DNA from: a virus
Lineage: Duplodnaviria > Caudoviricetes
Reading direction: 5' to 3' (one strand)
IMG/VR virus record: IMGVR_UViG_3300038976_000013
Location: 1 to 39,327 of that record
DNA length: 39,327 bases
Below, in pieces: positions 32,398 to 39,327 of this stretch; the first letter of the stretch is position 1; every line of letters begins with the position of its first letter. The position numbers and the translations under genes are program-made. Below the pieces are notes generated by a model. It was not told the DNA's origin and searched no databases. It worked only from the letters and a program-made list of their open reading frames with translations.

Positions 32398-33069
32398 TCA
32401 GCCCCCGGTCCACGGGGCCATACCGGTCAATCCGGCAAGCTGGAGAATCGTGAACGCCTGACCGCTGATCTCGGCCGGCGTGCTGGTCCCCCCCGCGCTC
32501 GCTCCTCGGGACAACGAGACTGATCCAATCGAAACTGACTGGTACCCGCCTGGAATGCCGTTTTCCCACCCCTGATCGAGTCCGTAAAGCGCCTGCTCAA
32601 TCGTGGCTTGCTGGAGTGCCAGGATTACATCAGCGTCGGCAGCGTCGTACGTCGCTGCGATCAGGACCCCGTCGATATCGCGCGACGCGCGCCGTAGTAG
32701 GAGTGCCGCGTTTGCCGGCGGGGTTTCCCCGGTGTAGTCGATCCACTGCGCCACCGTGGCGTATGAACCGGACAGCGCCGCGCCAACCGTAACCGTTTCG
32801 GATGAACTGACGGGACTGCCGCCGGCCAGTCCGTTCCAGGTGGCCAGATAGTCCCCTGCGGCCAACCCTGCCGCGGTGTTCCAGGTCCAGGAGTACGTTC
32901 CAGTACCGACATGGACGACAGCCGGTGTGCTGGTGTCCTGGACTGCGGCATCCGAGATCCGGATTAGCGTGATGGCGGGGTTGCCGTCCAGATCCACCAA
33001 CGGGCCGGCCTCAAAGGCCAACCATTGGCTGGTCAGCGTGACAGCCGCTCCGGCGGTTACCGAGGTCAT
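32398..33069 (-). CDS. Head-to-tail adaptor with N-terminal Ig-like domain
   Basis: C-terminal YAT..........P.NA..LL.RASR.ID...AT.EQ...SVSIGSVSLS; N-terminal TGTYSWTW..GDYLATW. Confidence 0.82.
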   Translation of the reverse strand: MTSVTAGAAVTLTSQWLAFEAGPLVDLDGNPAITLIRISDAAVQDTSTPAVVHVGTGTYSWTWNTAAGLAAGDYLATWNGLAGGSPVSSSETVTVGAALSGSYATVAQWIDYTGETPPANAALLLRRASRDIDGVLIAATYDAADADVILALQQATIEQALYGLDQGWENGIPGGYQSVSIGSVSLSRGASAGGTSTPAEISGQAFTILQLAGLTGMAPWTGG

Positions 33070-33617
33070 GCGCTCAACCCATACGCCTGTAGAAGTGCGA
33101 TGATCGACGCGATTTTCAGCGTGTCAGTACCGCCAGTCACCGTCTGTTGAGCGGCGGGAGCGTGGCTGAAGAACCCTATCTTTGGTGCGGCGGCAGTCCC
33201 GTCGATCGTGTGCACCGCTGCTCCATCCGGCGAGTCCGCCCAGATCCACTTACCGATCGCGTGTGCCAGTTGGACTCCTGATTCCAGTCGAAGATATGAC
33301 CGCTGAGCACCGTCGTAGTTCGTCCCGGACCAGACGGAAAATTGCCAGTCCGAACCGGTCGCCTCACAGTCCAACCGAGAACCGAGCGGACGGAAGCGAT
33401 ACCCCTTGTTCGTGCCGCTCACCAGGAAGTTTGCGCCGTTGACCGTCACCACACCCGAGAAGATCACAGAGCCGTCGTCGCCCACGATGACCGTGCTGTT
33501 CTGAACCACCTTGCCGGTTACTCCGTCGTACCGCGCAACTGCGTTGTCGGTCGCGGTAGCCGGCCCGGTGACTTTCCGGGGGTCGCCCGTTGCGCTGGTG
33601 TACCCGGTCGCCACCAT
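33066..33617 (-). CDS. Virion structural protein (head fibre / decoration-like, 183 aa)
   Basis: TGATG-coupled start; GPATATDNAVARYDGVTGK and IGFF...PAAQQTVTG...L..YGL fibre-type motifs. Confidence 0.65.
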   Translation of the reverse strand: MVATGYTSATGDPRKVTGPATATDNAVARYDGVTGKVVQNSTVIVGDDGSVIFSGVVTVNGANFLVSGTNKGYRFRPLGSRLDCEATGSDWQFSVWSGTNYDGAQRSYLRLESGVQLAHAIGKWIWADSPDGAAVHTIDGTAAAPKIGFFSHAPAAQQTVTGGTDTLKIASIIALLQAYGLSA

Positions 33618-33874
33618 CAGGTCGCCCAATCGTCGGGGAACACGTTGCCGTGCACCATGCTCGGTGGTTCCGAGATGATCAGACTGTCGTCTGATTCATC
33701 ACCCGCTCGGAGCACCTGGACCATCGCTGCCACCGTGCCGGCGTCCGGCTGCTCAGCCCACTGAACCTCGATCGTCTGGGCTATCTCGCCCAGCCAATAT
33801 GTGGCGCTGATCCGCACGGCCGTAGCGGGCGGGGTAGCTACCCCGCCCGCCTGAGTGTCCTCCCCGACACTCAT
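33617..33874 (-). CDS. Hypothetical protein (85 aa)
   Basis: TGATG overlaps at both ends. Confidence 0.6.
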   Translation of the reverse strand: MSVGEDTQAGGVATPPATAVRISATYWLGEIAQTIEVQWAEQPDAGTVAAMVQVLRAGDESDDSLIISEPPSMVHGNVFPDDWAT

Positions 33875-34344
33875 CAGCCGTACGCCTTGATCAGCTCTGG
33901 CTTGGTCATGCCGTCCGCCTGCTTTTCGGACGCGCCGCGGGACACCGCGTAGCTCTTCCATGCGGGAAGGCCCGCGTTGTCGCTCGGTCGGGCCGGCGCA
34001 ACCACGGTATCGTCCTCAACCAGTCCGGGAATTTCATCCTGGTGCGTCTGCGCGCCGGCCGTCACGGTAGAGCCACGGGTAACGGTGGTTTCCCCGGTCA
34101 CGCCCGACCAGGTAGTGCCATCCTCGTTGACACGCTGAATCTTGCCGGCGTTCAGTCGATCCTGGATCGACTCGGGGAGCGGGAGATCCATCTCCCAGAC
34201 AGCGCCGGACTCGCCGCGCACCCAGATGCTCGGGCGTGCGGTATGCGCGGCGTTCGCCTGGTCGATACGGTCCGCATATTCTTCGTCGGATTCGGTGTGC
34301 ATCTTCGGACCGGCGTAGCCCCGGTCTTCCTTCGAAATCGTCAT
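33874..34344 (-). CDS. Head-region protein with short C-terminal helical domain
   Basis: VRGESGAVWEMDLPL and C-terminal RP..A....W..YAVS.G.....A..MTK.ELI..YG motif. Confidence 0.75.
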   Translation of the reverse strand: MTISKEDRGYAGPKMHTESDEEYADRIDQANAAHTARPSIWVRGESGAVWEMDLPLPESIQDRLNAGKIQRVNEDGTTWSGVTGETTVTRGSTVTAGAQTHQDEIPGLVEDDTVVAPARPSDNAGLPAWKSYAVSRGASEKQADGMTKPELIKAYG

Positions 34345-34385
34345 GCTCTTGTTCCTTCCCTGGAACCGGCAGACCGGAACCTGTC

Positions 34386-34766
34386 TCAGATGTCCCGTGG
34401 CCAGTACAAGGCGTCGAACGTGCCGGTCATGGCGGTTTCGAAGTCGAACCAGATCGATCCGTCCGCCTGGAGGTACTTGTCCGATTCGAATGGCCCCATG
34501 TACTGGACACCGGTAGTTGCGGCGACGGTGACGACCAGGTCTCCCTGCCCGCCGCGGAGCGCCGGAGGCGCAACGCCGGCCTTCACGGTGACCGTGTTGG
34601 TAGAACCTTCGGTGTTGGCCACCCGGATGAACAACTGCTCCGGACGCGCGTTCGCGATGGTGACACCGTTCGTGACCAGGGTCGCGTCGATCGTGGTTGA
34701 TCCGGTCGTGCCGATCAGGTTGCTGTTCTTGGCAAGCTGACGTGGGACTACTGCGGTGCGTGGCAT
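34386..34766 (-). CDS. Probable capsid decoration protein (126 aa)
   Basis: Beta-rich, downstream of the major capsid gene; GPFES..YLQADG motif. Confidence 0.7.
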   Translation of the reverse strand: MPRTAVVPRQLAKNSNLIGTTGSTTIDATLVTNGVTIANARPEQLFIRVANTEGSTNTVTVKAGVAPPALRGGQGDLVVTVAATTGVQYMGPFESDKYLQADGSIWFDFETAMTGTFDALYWPRDI

Positions 34767-34927
34767 ATCGGGTTAGCTCCCGTCGAGTAGAAGTCGATCG
34801 ATCTCCGCCTCAGCATCTACCTTGGTGGCGTAGCCCGTCGAGATCGTGATGTAGGTGTCTTGTGGCGTTCGTGCTTTCACGATCTAGGGAAACGGCCAGC
34901 GCCACCCTCGATCCTGACCCACATAGA

Positions 34928-35776
34928 TCAGGTCTTGCTGGCGAGCAGGGTAGCGAGGTGATCCGGGCGGACGACCTTGGCACCCCACACGTTCAGACCG
35001 CGTACCGCATCGGCGAACGTGGTCTGGAGCCGAAGCGCTTCCGTCTCCAGGATTTGCTGAGCGAACGAGATCGCGCCGTTCGTGCCGGCCTGGACGATGT
35101 AGTCGTCGCCGGTCACCAGAATGCAGTTATTCGACTCGTACACGTCGAATCCCGCCGCGCGACCGATGTGCCCGTTGCGCAGACCGTCGGTCGTGCCGGA
35201 TGCGTCCAGCCGAACAAACTTGTCGTTGTTCAGGAGCAGGGCCACGTACCACGGGGGCACGATGACGTAGCGTCCTTCGTCCTCGACATCACCCTCGGTC
35301 AGCTCGTTACGGAGCGCGAGCAGGTTGGTGTACGCCAGATCGGCAGACGTGATGGCGACGGCAACACCGTTGTTGACCTGGTTCGCCGCGGGGGTAGCGG
35401 TGTACAGGCCAGCAATGTAGTTGTCGATCGCCAGCTTGAGCTTGTACGCCGCGCGCTCCATGGCCACGGTCATGACTTCGCCGCGTGCCTGACGCTTGTC
35501 GATGTCATCGACCTTGAAGGCAAAGCTCTTGCCCTGGTCGATCGGCATCGTTTGGCCGGCATCGGCCAGATCCTCGTAGGTCAGCGTGGTACCGGCCGTG
35601 TAGTTGGAGATCGTCGGGTCACCGATGGAAGAGATGTGGACAACATCGCCCATCTGGGAGATGTCACCCTCATAGTCACGGTTGACCACGTTCGGGCCGC
35701 CAAATACGAGCTTGCGCTCCAGGGCCTTGAGCAGAACGGCCGACCAGATTTCAGGTCGGAACCGGAGAATCGACAT
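34928..35776 (-). CDS. Major capsid protein (HK97 fold, P22 coat-like family)
   Basis: F.PEIWS..LL..L, VNRDYEGDI...GD.V.I, F.VDDID..Q, GR..IV.P, G.IGR.AGFDVYESNN and D.VRGL.VWGAKVVRP motifs. Confidence 0.95.
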   Translation of the reverse strand: MSILRFRPEIWSAVLLKALERKLVFGGPNVVNRDYEGDISQMGDVVHISSIGDPTISNYTAGTTLTYEDLADAGQTMPIDQGKSFAFKVDDIDKRQARGEVMTVAMERAAYKLKLAIDNYIAGLYTATPAANQVNNGVAVAITSADLAYTNLLALRNELTEGDVEDEGRYVIVPPWYVALLLNNDKFVRLDASGTTDGLRNGHIGRAAGFDVYESNNCILVTGDDYIVQAGTNGAISFAQQILETEALRLQTTFADAVRGLNVWGAKVVRPDHLATLLASKT

Positions 35777-35829
35777 GCTGATTCCTTACCGGAAAAGAGG
35801 TTCGGCCGTAGCGGTTGCTCCGGCCCGAT

Positions 35830-36510
35830 TTACATCAGGTGCTTGAGCTTGCCAGCCTTGAGCGCCGCATCGATCTCATCGGGCGTCATGGCTTTCAGTT
35901 GCTCCATTGTGATCTTGTCGGTTGGCGCCCCGCTCGCCATCCCTGGCGAGTTGGCGCCGCCCGCAGCGGGGGAGGGCGGGGTCGGTGCCGCGTTCAGGGC
36001 GAGACGCGGGTTGGCAGCCATCTCGGAGGTCACCAGCGCTTGCACCTGAGCGGCGAAGTCGGGGGCGGTGGGGTCGAGTCCGGAAAGCTTGCCGTTGTAC
36101 GTCAGTACCGCGGTCATCAGGTCACCGTCGGCACCAGCCTTGTACGCCGCACCAAGCAGGGCGTTTTGGATCTGGAGCTGTCGGTTCTGCTGACCGGTTT
36201 GGGTCAATTGCTGCGTGAGCTGAGCGGGGTCAGTCGGCGCGTCATTCTGACCAAGGGCTTTGGCCAGCGTCGTCAACAGATCTTTTTTTGCCTGCTCAGC
36301 AGCATTGTCCCGCGCCTGAGTCCGTGCCTTGTGGTTCGCGTCGGCAATCTGCTGGTCCAGGTACGCCCGCGCCGCAGGGTCCAGGGTGGCAGGGTTGAAC
36401 GGAACCGGCGCCGGAACCGGAGCGGGTGGGGTCGGCACCGGAGCAGGCGGGATCCCGCCGGGATCGGCCGGCGCTGGTGCCGGATCAGTGTTCGGGAGCG
36501 GCTGTCCCAT
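35830..36510 (-). CDS. Scaffolding protein (226 aa)
   Basis: GGAGG RBS; Pro-rich ends with a helical core; immediately upstream of the major capsid gene. Confidence 0.82.
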   Translation of the reverse strand: MGQPLPNTDPAPAPADPGGIPPAPVPTPPAPVPAPVPFNPATLDPAARAYLDQQIADANHKARTQARDNAAEQAKKDLLTTLAKALGQNDAPTDPAQLTQQLTQTGQQNRQLQIQNALLGAAYKAGADGDLMTAVLTYNGKLSGLDPTAPDFAAQVQALVTSEMAANPRLALNAAPTPPSPAAGGANSPGMASGAPTDKITMEQLKAMTPDEIDAALKAGKLKHLM

Positions 36511-36593
36511 GCGTTCCTCCGGAACGTAGGAAAGGGGCGGCATCCACCGGATACCGCTGATCATCAGGATACAGCGTAGGGCCAGGACAGCGT

Positions 36594-37814
36594 TTATCGC
36601 TTCAGCCCGAGGTCGATCCGCTCACGCTCCGGCTTGCGTTTCAGGTCAGGGCTGGACGCGACATGCGCCTTGATCTCGGCATTGACAGCCTTGATCCGGT
36701 CCTTCAGCGCCGGCGGGGTCTTCCCGTCCGTAAACGGCTTGGTCGCCGCTTCCTGACGCAAGAGCTCGCGCTTCCGGCGCTCCAGCGCGCGTAGCCGGTC
36801 CCGCGCGCGCGCGCCTTCGGGGTCTGCTGTGTGCGTCGGAGCTACGGTCAGCCCCGGCAAGTACGCGCTCAGCGAATGCCGGCAATTCGGGTGGAGCAGG
36901 CCGGCGCCGACCGCTTCATCGACGCTTCCGGCAATCTCGATCCTCACAGTCTCGTCATCGATCTCGGATTCACGCTCGATCGTGCGTTTCCCCGCCGGCC
37001 CACCACGGGCTAGAACCTTGCCCTCCCACGGTCGGCATTTTGCACATTCCATCGCCGCATTGCTGACAATGACCAGGTCTATCTGCGCGTCGGCCAAGCG
37101 GTCCATGTGTCCTTCGACCGCAGCCTGTGCGGTTGCCGTCCGGCCGGCCATCTCGACGTAACCGGCTAGGGTCCAACCCCGCCCCGCCTGATCGACAAAA
37201 CCGGTGATGCCCTGGCGGGTGAACGCGGTAAACGCGCGCTGAGCAGCCTCTCGGCGTGTTTGAGACCCCGCCAGGACGCTCGGCACTGCAGTACGCGCGA
37301 CCGTCTGCCGGTAGATGTCGTCCACCGCACGCAGGATCGGCGTGTGCATCCCTCCCAGCTTGGTCACGGTCGTGTTGATCAGCCGGTTCAGCGAACCAGC
37401 TCCGGGCATGTCGGTCTCGATCCGGCGCGCTATCTCCGCTAAATTGCCGATCCGTTTATCGATCATCTCGGTGAGCCGTGGTCCGGGACGGATGTCAGCG
37501 AGTCGAATCCAGTCGGCATGGGTGCTCTGGACCTTGGTCAGCTCACGCAATGCCTCACTTCCGCCGGCGGCGTACGCCTGGACCAGTGATCGCGCGACCT
37601 GCTCCTGAGCGGGACCGGTCACCCGAGTGAGCGCACGCTCGGCGAGACGCCGCACATCCCCCATCGCAGCAAGTTTTTTGGCCTGCCAATCCGGTGTGCC
37701 AATCCCGCGGGCCAGTTGCCGGCCGATTTGCTCGATCAGGTCCCGCTCAAGCTGTGCGTACGTCTCGCCGAGCTCCGACACGAGAAACGCCGCAGTATTC
37801 CGATCAACCGGCAC
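36594..37814 (-). CDS. Phage minor capsid protein (minor capsid 2 / MuF-like)
   Basis: GITGFVD.AGR.W.L..YVEMA.RT, C..CRPWEGKVL and GLLHPNCRHSL.AY.PG motifs. Confidence 0.9.
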   Translation of the reverse strand: MPVDRNTAAFLVSELGETYAQLERDLIEQIGRQLARGIGTPDWQAKKLAAMGDVRRLAERALTRVTGPAQEQVARSLVQAYAAGGSEALRELTKVQSTHADWIRLADIRPGPRLTEMIDKRIGNLAEIARRIETDMPGAGSLNRLINTTVTKLGGMHTPILRAVDDIYRQTVARTAVPSVLAGSQTRREAAQRAFTAFTRQGITGFVDQAGRGWTLAGYVEMAGRTATAQAAVEGHMDRLADAQIDLVIVSNAAMECAKCRPWEGKVLARGGPAGKRTIERESEIDDETVRIEIAGSVDEAVGAGLLHPNCRHSLSAYLPGLTVAPTHTADPEGARARDRLRALERRKRELLRQEAATKPFTDGKTPPALKDRIKAVNAEIKAHVASSPDLKRKPERERIDLGLKR

Positions 37815-37827
37815 GGCGTTCTCTTCT

Positions 37828-37878
37828 CTACTTCGGTCGTGGTCGTGGCATCGGTCGGGGGCAGGGATTCCCGATCAT
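37828..37878 (-). CDS. Pro/Arg-rich micro-ORF 3 (16 aa)
   Basis: MIGNPCPRPMPRPRPK; ATGA overlap with micro-ORF 2; ends 13 nt before the minor capsid start. Confidence 0.5.
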   Translation of the reverse strand: MIGNPCPRPMPRPRPK

Positions 37879-37958
37879 CGTGTCGGGCGGGGCGGGGCGG
37901 GGTTACCGCCTGGTCGGGGTTTCGGTTGGGGCTTGGGTTCAGGCGTCGTGATCTTCAT
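37875..37958 (-). CDS. Pro/Arg-rich micro-ORF 2 (27 aa)
   Basis: MKITTPEPKPQPKPRPGGNPAPPRPTR; ATGA overlaps at both ends. Confidence 0.55.
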   Translation of the reverse strand: MKITTPEPKPQPKPRPGGNPAPPRPTR

Positions 37959-38059
37959 CGTTTCCCTGGTACTGGTAGGTCTTTGGGCTCACGTGGTGGC
38001 AGATTCGGCGGTTCCGGTCGGGGTGGTCGTGGGGGAACCGGGGGCGGGTTACTCGGCAT
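37955..38059 (-). CDS. Pro-rich micro-ORF 1 (34 aa)
   Basis: MPSNPPPVPPRPPRPEPPNLPPREPKDLPVPGKR; overlaps the portal end by 11 nt. Confidence 0.55.
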   Translation of the reverse strand: MPSNPPPVPPRPPRPEPPNLPPREPKDLPVPGKR

Positions 38060-39327
38060 TCTGAGGATCGTATCCGGGGACACTGTCATCAGGTGGCCCG
38101 AACGGATCGCCGGCGGGATTGGCACCGAACGTCGTGGGATCCTCCACCGGAGCACCCTCGATCCGGAGCACCTCAGCATCCACATCCTGATCAAGCCAAT
38201 CCGGATGCAGCATCTCGACCTTGGTCTGAGTGCTGACTGCTTTCGCCGCGTCGAGCAACTGGAGCGTGCGCGCCTGACTTTCCGGGTCTACAGCAGCCGC
38301 GTCCTGCCACTCGATCGTTGCCGGCATCGGGGTGTACTTCCCTCCCAAGTGCGCAACGTCGAGTTCCTGCAGGATGAACGCCAGCTTGCGCAGACCCGGT
38401 TCCTGATAGCCCTGCTTTTCCAGCCGCGTCGCTGTCGAGCGCTCCCCGGCTTTACCAACCTCTTTCGCTGTCCGGTCGCCTCCACCCTCTTGCTCCCCGA
38501 ACGCGTCCCGACTCAGGCCGGCGGCCTGAGCGATCGTCCGCCAGCAGGCGGTCGCGGTGCGCTCGTGCTCTTCCACCCGGATCGCGAACTGGACCTGCTC
38601 CAGTTGCATCCCCTGGTCTTTCCCGCCCATCATCTCGATCCCGGTAAACACTTCCTGCTCCAGATCGAAATTCGCGCCGCGTCCAGCCCCGCCTGACTGC
38701 AGGTACGCGCGCGGCACGACCAGCCTGCCCTTGGCCAACCGAATGTCCCGCATCCAGGACGACCAGGTCTCGTCCAGCGCGTCCATCGCCGATGTCGCAC
38801 CGAAGTAGTCGGAACAGCCCAGCGCCGTCCCGCGGAGCATCGGGTGTGGCCGGAGATTGGGCTGGTACACCACGTCCAGCACGGTGCACCCGGTAGCGAT
38901 CCGGTTGTTACCGTCGACCAGCGTAGCCACGTGCTGACACTGGTCGTCACCGTCCTCCAGCGGCACCTTTTCGCCCAACCGGTCAGCTCCTCCGAGGTAC
39001 AGCGCGTGCTCGATGTACCCGACCTTGCCGGCAACCTCGTGCAGCTCCAGATGACGCCAGATCTTCGAACCGTCCCGGTAGACCTCTCGCCAGAACGTCA
39101 CGGCAACGAGAATCCCCCGACGCCAGACCGGGATCGCGTTGTCCGGGATCAGCGCATCGGTGATCGGGTAGTCGGCGAGCTCCACATCGACCCCGGCACG
39201 CAGGTACATCCCGCCGTAGGCGCTTCCCTGCTCTGCCTGCTCCCGGAACACGGAGTATGCGCCGGAATCGCTCAAGATCTGCTCCAGCCGATCCTGCGCC
39301 GGATTGTCCAGGATGACCCCGTCCGCC
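38049..39327 (-). CDS. Portal protein, 3' part
   Basis: GG.YLR, WRHLE.HE..G.IEHALY.G, Y.PN, LG.SDY, LDETWSSWMRDIRL.K.R..VP and QFAIRVEEH motifs; continues from 1-513. Confidence 0.92.
   Translation of the reverse strand, partial: ADGVILDNPAQDRLEQILSDSGAYSVFREQAEQGSAYGGMYLRAGVDVELADYPITDALIPDNAIPVWRRGILVAVTFWREVYRDGSKIWRHLELHEVAGKVGYIEHALYLGGADRLGEKVPLEDGDDQCQHVATLVDGNNRIATGCTVLDVVYQPNLRPHPMLRGTALGCSDYFGATSAMDALDETWSSWMRDIRLAKGRLVVPRAYLQSGGAGRGANFDLEQEVFTGIEMMGGKDQGMQLEQVQFAIRVEEHERTATACWRTIAQAAGLSRDAFGEQEGGGDRTAKEVGKAGERSTATRLEKQGYQEPGLRKLAFILQELDVAHLGGKYTPMPATIEWQDAAAVDPESQARTLQLLDAAKAVSTQTKVEMLHPDWLDQDVDAEVLRIEGAPVEDPTTFGANPAGDPFGPPDDSVPGYDPQNAE
39174..39327. repeat. Terminal direct repeat (circular assembly overlap), copy 2
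   Basis: Matches 1-154 with one mismatch. Confidence 0.97.

Noticed and set aside
2747-38696. Long antisense ORFs in the track (e.g. 2747-3652, 8655-9704, 11037-12098, 12881-14176, 24159-25202, 34862-36049, 37716-38696)
   Set aside because: They are shadows of real high-GC genes on the opposite strand, with no recognisable motifs.
1-39327. Retron, diversity-generating retroelement, intron or intein
   Set aside because: No reverse transcriptase motif, template/variable repeat pair, split conserved gene or intein signature was seen.

Overview
This window is an apparently complete, circular or circularly permuted, high-GC actinobacteriophage genome with siphovirus gene content. The unit length is about 39,173 bp: bases 1-154 repeat at 39174-39327 with one synonymous mismatch, and the portal gene spans the join. 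There are two transcription blocks. The leftward block starts at a divergent control region (~11070) and runs through an HTH protein, DNA polymerase A, a Mom/GNAT-like gene, primase-helicase, a putative origin, endonuclease VII, the terminases and a small-gene cassette. It then continues across the join through portal, head, tail and lysis genes. The rightward block (11151-20562) encodes an SF2 helicase, a Cas4-like exonuclease, an HTH protein, an SSB-like protein and a promoter-driven non-coding locus. The blocks meet at a bidirectional terminator (~20580-20610). I found no integrase, clear repressor or partition system. The endolysin resembles a type I associate with Micromonosporaceae-like hosts (inference). 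Most interesting: (1) up to five tRNA-like RNAs that keep the acceptor stem and T arm but have remodelled anticodon arms, lying among other hairpins behind a near-consensus promoter; (2) three overlapping, PRP-rich micro-ORFs after the portal that resemble ribosome-binding proline-rich peptides; (3) an Acb2/Tad1-like gene followed by three Lys-rich micro-ORFs in the head-tail region; (4) shared promoter and start-associated motifs. All functional calls come from reading motifs by eye; no searches were run.
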